The notes under the pieces: model-generated
Databases searched by the model: none
What the model was told of the DNA's origin: nothing
The model's input: only the letters and a program-made list of their open reading frames with translations
In this document: piece by piece, positions 12,743 through 25,763 of the stretch
Layout: the number at the start of each line of letters is the position of its first letter
How positions within the stretch are numbered: the stretch's first letter is position 1
Position numbers and translations under genes: made by a program
Assembly: GCF_009914755.1 (NCBI RefSeq)
Contig: NC_060939.1
Source of the DNA: the human T2T-CHM13v2.0 reference genome, Homo sapiens
Direction: 5' to 3' (one strand)
DNA: 64,000 nt

Positions 12743-13170
12743 GATTTTAAGCAGGAGAGTGACAAGATACACTTCCTGATTTTAAAAGATCACTCTGGAT
12801 GTTGCGCAGAGAACAGGTGTAGAAAGATAGGCATAAAAGCAAAGAGAATTAGGAGGCAATTGCATTGCCCCTGGCCTGGATTAGAGTGGTTGTGCTGGAG
12901 ATGCAGATTAGTGAATAGCCTTTATTCTGTTTGGAAATAGAACCGATTTGCTGATGAAATAGACATGGGGAAAGATCCAGGAAGATCTCCAGGTTTTAGC
13001 TTAAACAATTGGCAGGGTGATAGTACTGCATGATGAAGTGGGTATGGCTGTGGAGAGCATTTCTGAGAAGAGAGGGAAGTAAGAATTTGGTTTGGGCATA
13101 TTCAGTTTGAGATGTCACTCAGAGGTGTGCAATTGGAGCAGTCACTTATGCTGATAGATGTCAGGCTGGT
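12743..13170 (-). mobile_element. L2, continuation of 11320-11773
   Basis: GATTTTAAGCAGGAGAGTGAC...AAAGATCACTCTGG...TTTGGGCATATTCAGTTTGAGATG. Confidence 0.75.
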
Positions 13171-13499
13171 GCTCAGAGAACTCCCTAGTGCCACATGTCT
13201 ATGTGGCCATTGCAGGTCAGCAAGGGGTTCTGCCCATCACAGTCACTCCTGGGTCCAGGCCAAGAAAGGCTTCACTTGGCATGTGGTCCTACTACTGAAG
13301 AGTCAAGGGAAAGAGAGCATGACACACTGCACACTCCTCTTGCCTAATCCAAGCTAGGACTGTACAATGGTACCAAGGACTTGCCCCTGATTTTTTATCT
13401 GTTAGATGATCAAAAGATGACAAGTGTTCCCAAGATGGATTTGTATTGGCCCTTGTAGCATTCATGTGGGTGATTACCGTGGCCCTTCCACAGATGAGT

Positions 13500-13770
13500 G
13501 GATAATAACATCCACTGATTAAATGAACAGTATGTGGCAGGCTACGGGCTAGCCCCTTTGCAGATAGTATTTTATTCCATCTTCAAGGTATCTTATGAAG
13601 ATTGTTTTATTATTCATTTTACAGATGAAACATTGCCTAGAAATGTTATTTAACTAGCCCCAGAACTAGTTATTCTTTAACTAGCACTCCCAAAGCTGGA
13701 GTGTTGTATCTAAGGTTTGAACCCAGGTTACCTTTTGTAACCTGAAAGTCCATGCTTTTAACCATCTTAC
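13500..13770 (-). mobile_element. MIR
   Basis: ATTTTACAGATGAAAC...TTTGAACCCAGG...AAAGTCCATGCTTTTAACCA. Confidence 0.8.
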
Positions 13771-14134
13771 CGCACCCAATTACAGAGACTTAAAATGACA
13801 TCCTCAAAGGTTTTATGGTGAATGGTTTAGAAGGGTCCAACCTGAGAAGGTTATTTTGTATAGAACACATTTCTGTTGTCTAATGCTTTCTTTGGAAGTG
13901 GGAACCACCCTTGGCTACCAAGGCCACAAAAGCTCAGATTCACTTTCTCAAGTGACTGGAATGCAGAATGACTGCAAACTGGTGACACGGACTTGCTCCC
14001 CATTGCAATCCCCTTATGCTTTATGTATTAATACATCTACACACCAAGTCACCGAAATTCCAAATAAAAAAATAAGGACGGACATACAAGAAACTACTCA
14101 TTATAAGATCAGGAGTCAAGTCAGGGTTGACTTC

Positions 14135-14625
14135 TATGTTGGTTTCCTATTGTTCCTGTAACCAAGTACCACTGAAGCACTGACTCAAAATAATACCATT
14201 TATCTCTCTTACGGTTCTAAAGATCAGAAGTCTGCAGTCAGTCTCACTGGACTAAAATCAAGGCATCACCAGGGCTGGTTGCTGATGGAGGCTCCGAGGG
14301 GAGAAGAATCTGCTCCTTGCTTCCTTCAGCATCTAGGGGCCACCTGTATTCCTTGGCTCATGACCCTTCATCCATCTTCAAAACTCACCACTCTCATTTC
14401 TGCTTCCAAGGTCACATCTCCTTCTCCTCCAACTCCTCCTGCCACCCTTTTGTAAGGACCACTGTGACTCTATGAAACCCCCTGGAAAATCCAGGATAAT
14501 CTCCCCATCTCAGGAGACTTAGCAGTCACATCTGCAAAGTCCCTTTTGCTATATAAGGTAACATTCAGAGGTTCCAGGGAGGAGGGCATGGATGTATTTG
14601 AAGGACCATTACTCAGCCTACAGCA
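14135..14625 (-). mobile_element. MLT1D-type MaLR solo LTR
   Basis: TCAGAAGTCTG...CACTGGACTAAAATCAAGG...ATCCAGGATAATCTCCCCATCTC...CACATCTGCAAAGTCCCTTTTG. Confidence 0.85.
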
Positions 14626-16429
14626 ACATCTGTTCAGACGGCATCTAAACTCAAGAATAATATTTCTCCAATACTTTCCTTGTCTCCTTCTTCAGATCCT
14701 GTCACATTCAAAACACCATGTAACCATATCACAGTCATCCATCAGAAATCCATTACACGGTCATTTGTAACTTGTGTGGGTTTCATCTTTCACTGGTGAG
14801 ACATTGCATTCGGGATTTGATTTTTTCCCTTGCATCTTTGAAACTGAAAACCATAAATGTCATTTTGTTAACAGGGTCTCACTCTAAATTAGAGAACATT
14901 TGTTCTAAGCCCAAAGCTTAAATTAGGCCTTAACTTCCTGGACACTTACATTTTTAACACCTCTTTTCCTAATCGGCCCTGGCCACCCTGGCAATGATGA
15001 GAATGAGAGTGAAGACCAGCGCTGCATGCACCTTCACACTCAGGCTCACCAGCTCAGTTCACAGTGCCTACTTCTGCACCAGGGCCCGCAACAGAGAAAT
15101 CTCCTGAAATCAACAACATTGAACACGTCAGGACTGGCAATTCTCTAAGGCTGACACTCTCAAGCCAAGGGGGTAGCTATTCCTTTATCTTCTGGGTAGG
15201 GTATGGACAGAGAAGAAATGAACCCTAAGCCTACTGGATCCAGGGACAGAGAATTCACTCCTTCCTTCATTCGTTATTAATTACAAGCCTCATAGCACCT
15301 ATCACTGTGCTGGTACTCAAGACATAAGAGGCAACAAAGCAGACCTGGCTTTGTGTCCTCATGAGACTTGCTACCCTTTATTTAGAACTTGCTGTAGGCC
15401 AGTCAACAGAAAATGTATTTGAAATGCAGCTCTTGTACTTATAGTTCTCTAACCATTACCCCAGAGAATTTATACCAATCTGCTGATTCAGGAGGAACTG
15501 ATGGGCACAGTGAGTAGGAAGAAGATTTGAGTTAAGAACAAGTTAAATGAAACATGGGTCCCTGCACTGCAGATTCTGCCAGCCCTGGGAACCTGTTTGG
15601 AGACTTCAGAATATGTAGATTACTCATACCCCACTGGGTTAGCTTGTGCTGATTCAAATTACTTACTCAAACGATTAAAATACTGAACCAGAGTGGTCTC
15701 ATTTTCAGTGTGTTTTGTGCAACTGTTTCAACAGAGCCCCAGGCCCAGCTGTCCAGGGACAGGCCATCATCTGAGGATGGCCATTATCACAGGTCAAAAT
15801 TTATGTTTCAAAAAATGCAGTGCTATCTCTCGGGGGCAGGAGGTGACATACATTTTGTTCTCATCACAGGGACAGGAAAATTCCCTTTCAGAGAAGGCAC
15901 TGCCAGGAGCTGGCACACAAGGAGCACAGGGCTGGCCCTTGTTGATTGTGAAGAAAGGAGGGAAGACAGGCCTGGCCAGTCTGAGCAGTAAAGTGTAGTT
16001 ATTTCCACTGATGGCCATTGATAGCACTAACTTGGACAAGCAAAATGCTTTGTGATGACTAGCAGGATTATACCTCTCATGTGAAAAAAATTCTAATGTC
16101 GAGATCTAAAAATCTAGGAGACTGACTACGATGCATGCCACATACTTGGAAACTCAACGTTTGAGGACATGGAATGTACAGGAGATGTGGTGCCCTTTAG
16201 TTATGGGCACCAAGTTTCTCATTTGGAATTGTGTGTCCAGCCTCGATTGATGTCACTCCAGCCAAGGGAGGAAACTGAGCCTGGCCCACCTGCAGCCCTG
16301 ACCTAAGGGTGGAGTCTCAGCAGATCCATCTGGAGCAACTCAAAAGGTTGCATGAAATGAAGAAAAGCAAAAAGACTTAGACACATATAAAAAAAACTAC
16401 GAGTGACAGGGATGACAGGAAGCCTTTTT

Positions 16430-16560
16430 GATTCAATCATTCAGCATTTCATAAATATATATCTAGCACTCACTTCAGGCCTAGCTCTGTAATGATGCTA
16501 GGAAACCAATGGTGAACAAAACACAGACCCTGCCTGTAAGCTCTTCTGGGCCACTGTAGA
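16430..16560 (-). mobile_element. L2 3' end fragment
   Basis: ATTCAATCATTCAGCATT...GGTGAACAAAACACAGACCCTGCC. Confidence 0.6.
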
Positions 16561-17334
16561 GATAGTTCAGGGTTGCCTCTTCAGCATCCATTCTCATGTC
16601 ACTCCTTCCTAACCATACTCCACTTTATTCAGGTTTGGGGTTCAAGTGTGTGTGATGATACTTCCAGGTCTGGAAAAAGCCATCTGCTGAGGCTCACTCT
16701 ATCCAGAACCACAACTAGGCAACACGGCCCCTACCCTGGGCCCCTCTTTGGGGGCTCAGCTCTGACCCTTCTTCATCCATTATTTCCCTACAAGGTAAGA
16801 GTCTGAGGGACTAAGGGGACAGGCCCACCAAGAGCCTGCACCTCCTTTTGCAGACCATGGCCAAGGAGTCCAGGCTATACTGTTAGGGCACCCACTGGCT
16901 TCTTCTCCAGTTCTGTCCTCCCAAAGGCAGATTGTGCTGCCAGTGCGACGCCGCTAGTCCAGATGTGGAGTTTGCACTTAGGGTGGGGGTGTCCCCATAT
17001 GTGGAATGGAGTCAGGCGGTGGATGAGAAAAGGGACAGGCTATTGCCTGGAAACCTCTATTGGTATACTTGCCTGGAGGCTGCAAATGTGTATCCCATTG
17101 TCATCAACCCCGCAAATGGTTCAGGAGTAGGCAAGGAAGCTAAGTTGGTTCAACAAGAGTGAAATCCAGTGATTTTACTGATTGTAGACGAAGGAGCCTT
17201 CTAGGACTACACTTGCCTAAATCCAGCCTACCTCTGGAGGTTTTGGGCTTTGTAATAAGCCAATCATTTCCCTTTATCATTTAAGACAGTTTAAATTGGA
17301 TTTTGTGTCTTACAACCAGAAACATCCCAAACCC

Positions 17335-17530
17335 CACTTCCATCAGCTACCAGCTGTGCTGTGATAAGCCAGCAGGTCATTTTTATCTCACGCAAGCTCA
17401 GAGTCCTCAAATGTACCATGAAGATAATCCAAATGTTTCTGGGTGCCTGACAGAAAGGAATGAAATCATGAGTGGGAAAAAATGCCTACCATGGTACGTG
17501 GCCTACAATAGGTGCCCGGTAAATGCCACT
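17335..17530 (+). mobile_element. MIR
   Basis: TACCAGCTGTG...CTCAGAGTCCTCAAATGTA...TAGGTGCCCGGTAAATG. Confidence 0.6.
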
Positions 17531-17545
17531 TTCCTTTTGAACGGT

Positions 17546-18070
17546 TCTAGGGTAAATGCACCTGATAGCAATAACTTAAGCCGACCCTAAGAATGACCCT
17601 TTATAGCAGATGCACCTGAGTGCGTGTTCTGAGCTAGGGAGTCCAGGAGTGGCCAACCCAGAGATTCATTCGTTGTCTATGAGAAACACCTGAGTCCCCG
17701 GCACATCCTGCGGAACACGGGCTGGATAGAGCATTGAGACCCTGAGTTGTGGGTTCAATGAAGGCTGCCTGGTGGAAGCCGTTAAGAGGAGGGTGTTAAG
17801 TGAAAATGCTGTGGAGGCTGTATGCTGTTTGCAATTGTTGTGGTTTTCCTACCCTTCCCACCACCACTGGACTGTGCAGTTATCTGTCAAGCCCATGCCA
17901 CTGGACTGTATGTAAGGCAGGTACTTTGTCCAGCCCGCTGCCATTGGACTCTCTCCCCTGTATGTAAGCCCCTAATAGAACCCCATGTCTCGTTTGCTGG
18001 CTCTGGATCTCTTCTTCAGCCTCTTGAGCCTGGTGCCTTCCCTACTGAGGTTAACAGGGTTTGGCACAAC
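17546..18070 (+). mobile_element. LTR47-type ERVL solo LTR
   Basis: AATGCACCTGATAGCAATAACTTAAG...AGAATGACCCT...GAGTGGCCAACCCAGAGATTCATTC; internal CCA(C/T)TGGACT repeats; possible TSD ACGGT/ACAGT. Confidence 0.75.
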
Positions 18071-18369
18071 AGTGGGGACGTAAGAACTCGGGCACAGATA
18101 CTAGGGGAACCCCTAGGCTTTGTCTCCCTCAGATTCCTGTTAGTATCTGTAGATACAAAGATGAATGAGTCTGAGACCCTGCCCTAAAAGAGCAGGCACA
18201 GCCCCACGGACTGGCAGGGGAGAAAGTCTACACCATGCCGGCCTGTGATGATGCCGTGTTAAATCATTTGTAAAGTAAATAAGACATGAAACAAACTGGG
18301 CCTTGAACAGCAGGTTGGATATGTACAAATGAAGAGAGGCTTGGAAGCTATTTGAAGTTACATTGCTTT

Positions 18370-19140
18370 GGGTGCTATTAACAGCAGATTTCTGTGGCTT
18401 GTACATATGAGGGCTTCTCTCTTTCCTGTAAAACCCAGAGGTCAGATGTCCACGGCTGCTATGGTGGTGTCATGATCATCAGGGACATGAACTTTTTCCT
18501 TCTTTCTGCTTGCCTGTGTGTAGCGTCCCTGTTGAGGCTACCCCAAAGTTCTAGAAGGCTGTTAGGGTTCCAGCGTTATATTCGTATTGCAGGCAGCAGT
18601 CATGAGGAAGAATGACAAGTAAAAAGGCAAAAAGGGGCTCACCCCAGCTGTCTGTCCTTCCTTCTCAAAGGTTCCTCCCAATAACTTCCATTTAAAATCA
18701 TTAGCTAGGCTGGGCACAGTGGCTCACACTTGTGATCCCAGCACTTTGGGAGGCCAAGGCGGGTGGATCACCTGAGGTCAGGAGTTTGAGTTTGAGACAG
18801 CCTGGCCAACATGGGGAAACCCCATCTCTACTAAAAATACAAAAATTAGCCAGGCGTGGTGGCGCACGTCTGTAATCCCAGGTACGAGGAGGGGCTGAGG
18901 CATGAGAATCACTTGAAACTGGGAGACAGAGGTTGCAGTGAAAGGAGATCACGCCACTGCACTCTAGCCTGGATGGCAGAGTGAGACTCTGTCTCAAAAA
19001 AAAATCATTAGCTAGAATTTAATCCTGTGACCATACCTAGTTGCAAAGGAAATGAAGAGGTCAACTAGGCACAATGGTGTCTTCATGATACTGATATGTT
19101 AATAAGGAAGCAGAAGGTGGAGGCATCTAGCTGCTTCTGT
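18370..19140 (-). mobile_element. Ancient MLT1 (M/N2/O-like) LTR interrupted by an Alu
   Basis: Diverged MLT1 motifs on both sides of the Alu (ATCAGGGAC...TTTCTGCT; ATCATTAGCTAGAA...GACCATACCTAGTTGCAAAGGA). Confidence 0.45.
18708..19000 (+). mobile_element. AluS (Sx/Sz-like) with 14-bp TSD
   Basis: Full dimer; TSD AAAATCATTAGCTA at 18694-18707 and 19001-19014; TTT/AAAA site. Confidence 0.96.
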
Positions 19141-19299
19141 CACTTGGGAGGATATCACAGAAGCAGAGGACAAATAAATAGCTCATGACCAGGAGAGCCA
19201 GGAGAAGTTGGAGTAAAAGGTAACAAAATGATGGCAAGTCCAAATATAGAACAGACCACAACTTAGGATAGGCCAAACTTCAGCAAGAATTGGGAAGTA

Positions 19300-19455
19300 C
19301 TTGGCTTGTACTAACACAGATTGCTGGACCTCACCCCCAGAGTTTCTGATTCAGCAGGTCTGGAGGACAGCCCTAAATTTTCGCATTTCTAACAAGTTCC
19401 CGGGTTATGCTGATGCCGATGCTGCTGGCCTGGGGACCACACTTTGAGAACCACT
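19300..19455. mobile_element. MER5A hAT MITE
   Basis: CAGATTGCTGG...CCCCAGAGTTTCTGATTCAGCAGGTCTG...GCATTTCTAACAAGTTCCC...GGACCACACTTTGAGAACCACT. Confidence 0.9.
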
Positions 19456-21164
19456 TTGGATAAAGTTAGGACTTTATCCTCTAATTAACCCCCTGAAGGC
19501 TTCTGAGTTGGGAAGAAAAAATGATGAGCTGATTCACGAAAGCTTATCTGCCAGAGGTCTGTCAGATGGGCTGATGAGGGTGAAAATGGAGGCAGAGGAT
19601 GCACTAAGGAGACAGCAGTGAAGCCGTCATTTGGGATGTGTTTGGCTGGGCTTAACTGTATTATTTACAGCAATTTCTTGAAGCTTCTGACCTCCAAGAC
19701 CTAACTTTATCATAGTAAGCAGACCAATCAAGCTATCCGCCTTATGGCCAGAAAAACTCAAGTTTTGAAAGAGTGTTGGTTACTGAGGACAGATTTAAAA
19801 AAAAAAAAAAAAGTAAAAGGATGTCTCCATCTTCCTACCCTATCTAACTACAGCCCGAAGTTTTTATTGAAAAATGAGAAGTAGCCAGAGGACTCACAAG
19901 TAAAGAATCAAGCCATGATTAGAAGAAATACAATGCCAGGGGAAAACCAAGTCAATGGATCCTGTTCTTTCCACCACTGAGTCCCTCCCACTTTCTAGTT
20001 GATTCGCTGTGACCTGAGTTTAGACCTCCTTTGGGTTTGTAATCAAGGCTGAAATACACAGGGAAGCAGGACTGAGGATGTGGACCAACCTGATTTGAAT
20101 CCTGGTTCCAGCTGTGAAGCAGGGTGGTAGCCGGTCTCCGGAGAACTTTGTAAATTAGAAAACGTGTCCCCTCCGGGTGCAGCTTGGCAACTCAAGAATG
20201 TGGGCTGCATTACAGCCCTCATTTGCCAGCTTGTCCAAGGGCCCTATTGCGGGGCACAGCCTGCAGGACAGTAAGAGGTGGCCCTGCTGTAAGCAGGAAC
20301 TTAACCTCAGGAGCCCAGGGTTTTTCCTCTGTCAGATGGGTTGACAGGCACAGACCCCAGAGTTGTCAAGCAGACTCAGTGAGGTAACCACATAAAGCGT
20401 CTGGCACGTAGTGGGTGCTCAAGGAACATCAGTTTCCTTCCAGATTTCCTCTTGAATCAGTAGCCGGATGGGTTAAGCCTCGTGGGCTGCCAGGGAATCA
20501 TCTGCTCCTCCAAATCTTGGCACGGCTGCCCCTGCCTGGCATTTGCAGTGGCATGCCTGCTGCCTCTCCACCAGCATCTCATTGTCTGGCATGAGAAAAA
20601 AGTGCCCGGCTCCTGCTGTGAAGCGGAGCGCAGCAAACGGAGACCAGCTGAGCTCCTACGGTCAGCAGATTAGCTCCCTTAATACTGCCAGCTTAGGGGG
20701 TCGCAGAGCCCCTGATTGCAAATCTAAAATCCCAGCGACTTCCCTCCCTTTTCATTAATTTCCTAAGCTCCAGCGCTGCCAAGATAATATGCTGCCAGGT
20801 GCAGGGACTCCTCTAAGCCACTTTGCTCACCAATCCAACCCAGTGCAGGGCCCCTGGCCAGCCTGCTCAGGTGCTAGAGGGGTGAGGAGGGGCAGAGGCA
20901 TCATTTCAGCGAGCACTGTAGGTGTGAGGCAACGTGGAGAGCTTTCCTTGCTGATGACTCTCCTCCTAAAGGGGCCAGCCAAGAGGCTGAAGTGCCAAAT
21001 CCCAATTAAATCACAAAAGAAGTGGGAGCAGCGCAGCGGAAGGACAAGTGGGGAGGGAGAGAAGCCTCTGCGGCTTATTCTCCTAGGGGCACTTACTCCT
21101 CTTGCCTGAGGTTGTTCTAGGCTTGCTAAATGGGATCTTTTCTCTTTGGGGTCCGTGCTTTATT

Positions 21165-21560
21165 GTAACAAAAGTTATGCTGAGCACCAATTATCTGCAG
21201 GGCTTTGGGCTGGTCACAGGCAATCAGAGATGAATGAGACCTACGGAGCAAGTTCGTGTTTTAATCAGGGAGACGGACCTGCGAACAGATCACGGCCACA
21301 CAATCTGGCAATTGCTCTGATGAAGATTAGTATGGAGTGTCATGAATGCACACAGGAGGGGATGCCTGACTCTGCTGCAGCAATAGGGAAGCTTCAGAAA
21401 ACAAGGAGCATTTCCTGGAAGAATGGGTAAAAGGTCACAAGGCAGAGACGAGGAAGGGCATTGCAAGGAGAGGAACAGCACATGGCAAGCACACAGTTCT
21501 GAAATGTGGTGTAGGGAAGTGTGGCCAGTGAAGTAAGGGAGTGAGGCTGAGGAGGGTCTT
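21165..21560 (-). mobile_element. L2 fragment
   Basis: TGAGCACCAATTATCTGCAGGG...AGATGAATGAGAC...GAGGAACAGCACATGGCAA. Confidence 0.6.
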
Positions 21561-22487
21561 ACAAGCTGGCAGTCTTGGTCAGGGAGCAGATGAAGAAGGC
21601 CTGTAGACCAACAAACAAGGAAAATCATGAAACTGCACTGACATACAGGCTCAACCCTACCCATGCGCATGCTTTGTCCATGCCCACTTTGTGGGGCAAG
21701 GGGTGGGCAGGCTGGCTAGATGATGAGGTGCTTGATACAATAATCAGCTAGCAAGAGGCAGAGAGTAAGTTCCACACTCTGAAATCAATGCTGAAAGCAA
21801 GGGGCTGGGAACAGAAGATGAAGTCATAAGATATGGACACAGAAAGTGAAGAGGAAGGAATGCCGGTCAGTTGGACTAGGGGTGAGAGAGGGCCTGGGAC
21901 TCCCACCATGCCTGGGACTCTTTATCTGCATTCTTGTTTTGTGCTTTGTCCACGAGACAGACTGATCCCCTTCTGCTTACACTAACTGGGATTCATTTGT
22001 TATCAAACGCCATCTGACCTGTGCCCCACCCCTGCCTGTATGCAGGGGTTAGCTTTGGGAAAGGCACCAGGTAGGGGGGCCCCGGGGGCATAGGACTGAA
22101 TTTTGTAGGTGTAATGTCTGAGTTTAGGGTTGCAGGTTCTATAGTGTCTGGCCTCGCTCAAGGACTTAGAATGGTGAGCATGGGAACTAGGACCAGGGCT
22201 TAGAATCAATGCAGGATCAGTCTCCAGCCAAGCAAAAAAAAAAACATCACGCTGATTGGGCTTCTTGCAAAGCCATTGATGGAGGGAGAGAGCACACAGG
22301 TGTGCCCCAGTGATGGGAAGAAACATGCACCTGGGGCCCCTGTGACTAGGAACTGAGTTGTCATTGAGTACTAGTGATATCTAAAGCATCCAAATGGTGT
22401 CCTGGACCCTGCAGGGCAATGGGCTAAGGGAAGGACAATGACAACCCAATAAGTATTGCTTCATGTCTACTCCGAGGCAGGCAGTAC

Positions 22488-22995
22488 TGTGACATTGTGA
22501 TATAATATGAAATACGTATATTGGTCTCTGTGTCTAGTTCCTGACATAGAGCTCTTAAAACCCTTGTAGATAGGGGCACTAGGAGAATCTTTTGTTCTTA
22601 TATTTGATCTTTGACCCCAGTTCCTGACACAGAGCTCCTAAGACCTTTGTAATTTCCTGAGTGATAGAAGCATCTGACACAGAGCTCTTAAATCCCTTGG
22701 AATTTCCAGAGTGGCAGGAGTATCTTTTGTTTTAATGAGGTGACTCTTGCTGGATTTCAGGATAGCACCAGGATGGGGGCTGGTTGTCAGGGAAACCAAC
22801 CATGTGACCAGAGAGTTGGAACTTTGAGCCCCACCCCTCAACCTCCAGGGAGGGGAGAGGGGCTGAAGGTTGAATTAATTGATCACCAATGGCCAATGAT
22901 GTCATTAGTCATGGCTTTATAATGAAGCCTCCATAAAAACCCAAAAGGGCTGGGTTGAGAGAGCTCCTGGTTGCTGAACACGTGGGAGGGGAGTG
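22488..22995 (+). mobile_element. MER21B-type ERVL LTR, 3' truncated
   Basis: TGTGACATTGTGATATAAT start; repeated CTGACA(C/T)AGAGCTC units; CACCAATGGCCAATGAT...GAAGCCTCCATAAAAACCC. Confidence 0.8.
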
Positions 22996-25199
22996 TGCCA
23001 GTGGGTTAAAGGATGGGTTTTAGGGACAAAGAAGCCCTCCCCTAAAAAAGGGATTGAGTAGAAGTAGCCAGCAATGTACATGGAGATCCTAGAAAGTGTA
23101 ATGAATTGGCATCAAAATGGGGTGGTATGGATTTTTTTAAGGGAGAAATCCTCCCAAAATGTCAAACCAGATAAGATCTGAAAAGACTCATGAGACTTAG
23201 TGACCAGCTGGGAGTCCAAAGGGAATAGAAGGGTGTTGAGTCCAAGGCACTGGAGGTGGCCTGGTCTGTGGTGCAGAGTGAAAGGAGACACAGCTAAGCT
23301 CAGGTGCACGTCCATTTGTAGGTCTGAGGCAGCTGGAGGAAGTCTTGAGGATGTTTACTCTGGTGGTGGTCGTTTTCTCTGGTGATAGAGAGTCATATCA
23401 CCTGCTGAGACTGGGTGGGCACAGGAGTGATCGGATTAAAGCCATCATGAAGAATGGGACCAAGAGCTGGCTGGTGAAAACAGAAGTGCTCCTGGGCAGT
23501 GGCCCAGCTTCATTTAGGGTGGAATGTTGGGAATGTGCATCCATCCCAGTGTGGGTGGGTGCGTGCTTGCTTCTTCCCGTGCCACCTACCAGGGAGGGCT
23601 GGGAGTTGAATGGTACAGAGTTGGAGCTTTGGTAGGAGGGTGAGATGAAGGAGTTTGAGGCAAGGATGCTGGCAAGAGAGTAGCTGAAACTATGGGTAGG
23701 TCCTGGACTTCAAGCTGTGACAGCTGTCAGAGCAAGGAAGAAGGTAACCAGGGACCACATTCGAGGAGACGGGGCCGTGATCAGAGAATGAGATGATTTC
23801 CTAAGTGAGTTCTAATACACACCAACTGGAGAAGTGTGTGGTCAGGTCCAGGAAGAAGAGTGTGAATTCAGGCCATGAATACAAACAGGTGCAGCAAAGG
23901 GATGAAGAGAAGAGAAGATGCTGAAAGACAAGAGGAGCTGGGGGTGTGGCCCCGAGATTTTGTGTGGGAGCGGCTCCCTGGCCTGCTGGGCTCTCCTTGG
24001 AGGAGTGTGATGGGCTGCTCTTGGGTGGGAAGTATCAAGAGCTCCCTGGTGCTATGCTATTCTTGCCTCACATGTGACCATTGCCAGGCACGGTGTTGGA
24101 GCCAATGAAGTTATTTGCTTCGTCTCATTGCTACTAATAATAGCTGATGCGACTGATCCAAACATACCTACTACAAAGTCAATGTCTGAAACTGGCTTCA
24201 TCTGAGCCCCATTTTGGAGGACAGTAGAATGGTGCTGAGAAGGAGAAAAATGTATCACTATCTATTGAAGGTAGCAATTTCTCAGTTCTTTCTCGATTCA
24301 AATTCCACACTATCTGGCTCTTTTTTCTCCCTTTAAGAGGTCTCTTCCCTCTCTTCTTCTTCCCAAGCTGGTACTCAAGGGCAGAAGGGAGCAGAACCAC
24401 TGGTCTACTCTACTCTATTCCTGGGTCCTCAGGCCCCACTGCTATGTGGTCCCTCTTCTTGCCTCATTGCTGGCTTTCCCGTGCTGGTATTCACTGGGAG
24501 TAACTGTTATTACCTGTTTCCTGGGTATCTTGCTGAGGTCCAAGGGGAAGTGTGGAGTCCCCACCATGTGCCTCCACTTAGGAGGTCCTCGCTTGCCGGA
24601 GCTATTTTCCCACAGCATTCTGGACACCAGAATCTCCCAGTACTTTGTGTCCCCCCAACTGGGACATGCAGGAACTTCCGGGGCCCCAGATGCCAGGGGT
24701 GGGTATAGGGGAACTGGGCACTATCTCAGGACCAGAAATCCTCAGCCCCTGTCCTCTACCTCTTGGGCTGCACCCTTCTATCCTGGTGCCAAGCTGAGTT
24801 TTCCTGGGCTGCACTTTGGGAAACAAAGAGCAAGTTGTCTTATTCTGGGATTCACCTAAATCCCTTAGGTATTTCTGAAAAAAAATCCTCCTCAGCTTCC
24901 CAGAAGATTTGGAGCAGGAATAAAGCAAGAACACTGTGTCTGACTCTCTGCCCTTCTCCCTCTCGCTCTTCCTCATCCTCTCACTCTTCCTCATCCTTCC
25001 CAACTATAGAAGGACTTTCTATTTCCTCCTATGGTCTGATAGGAGCTGTGCCTCTTACATATCCTCTTCCTTTCTTGACACATTTGTCCTTTCTTTCCCT
25101 CAGGCAATGAAGACAGAAAAATCAAAGGAAGAAAAAAAGATTACTGAAAAGAAAAGAAACTGGGAAAGGTGTTTTTAAAATATTATCCCAATTATATGA

Positions 25200-25392
25200 A
25201 CAACCAGTAGCAGTGTTAAGTGACTTACACACCTTGTTTCATAAAATTGCATTAAAAGCCTATGAGGTCGTACTGTTGTCACCATTTTAGAAATGGAAAA
25301 ACTTGAGATTCAATAAGCTGATAACAAAGGCAGTAAGAGACGGAGAGAGGCCATCTAACCCAATATCTGAGCTCTTAACCCCCAGGCTACAT
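25200..25392 (-). mobile_element. MIR
   Basis: CCTATGAGGT...CCATTTTAGAAATGGAAAAACTTGAG...GCTCTTAACC. Confidence 0.6.
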
Positions 25393-25564
25393 GCCCTCAA
25401 CTAGCCCACCTGCTTCTGCCTGTCTGAAATCCCAGAGGCCATGGATCTGATTTTCATTCTCTACCTCTGGCAGCCGAAGGGCAGCATTTTCCCTAACAGC
25501 AACTAACGTATGTAAAGAAATATTTCTTCATCATTCCAGTGTCTGAACCATTAAGGAAGAGGCT

Positions 25565-25763
25565 TGGGTTGATATAAACACAGGTCACCTAGCTCAGCCA
25601 TATCAACTGTTAAAATATTGAAAATTGAACTATTAAGATGTTTCCATTCTGATGGTTAAATAGCTGCTGTCCCCAAAACTCCCAAGTGCCATCCCTCGGT
25701 GCCTCATCCTGATTGATTGGTATCCAAGCCCTGCTCACTGGAAAATATTTTGAATATCACCCT
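25565..25763 (-). mobile_element. Ancient hAT-type MITE (MamRep38-like)
   Basis: Reverse strand reads AGGGTGATATTCAAAATATTT...CAATCAG...GCTATTTAACC...CAATATTTTAACA. Confidence 0.5.

Noticed and set aside
17860-17970. Triplicated CCA(C/T)TGGACT units
   Set aside because: As far as I recall, this is intrinsic to LTR47-type LTRs
22540-22700. Three spaced CTGACA(C/T)AGAGCTC repeats, superficially CRISPR-like
   Set aside because: Internal repeats of the MER21 LTR in a primate genome; irregular spacing and no cas genes
23000-24900. Purine-rich and then pyrimidine-rich degenerate sequence, possibly ancient L2 or LTR
   Set aside because: Could not assign a family with acceptable confidence
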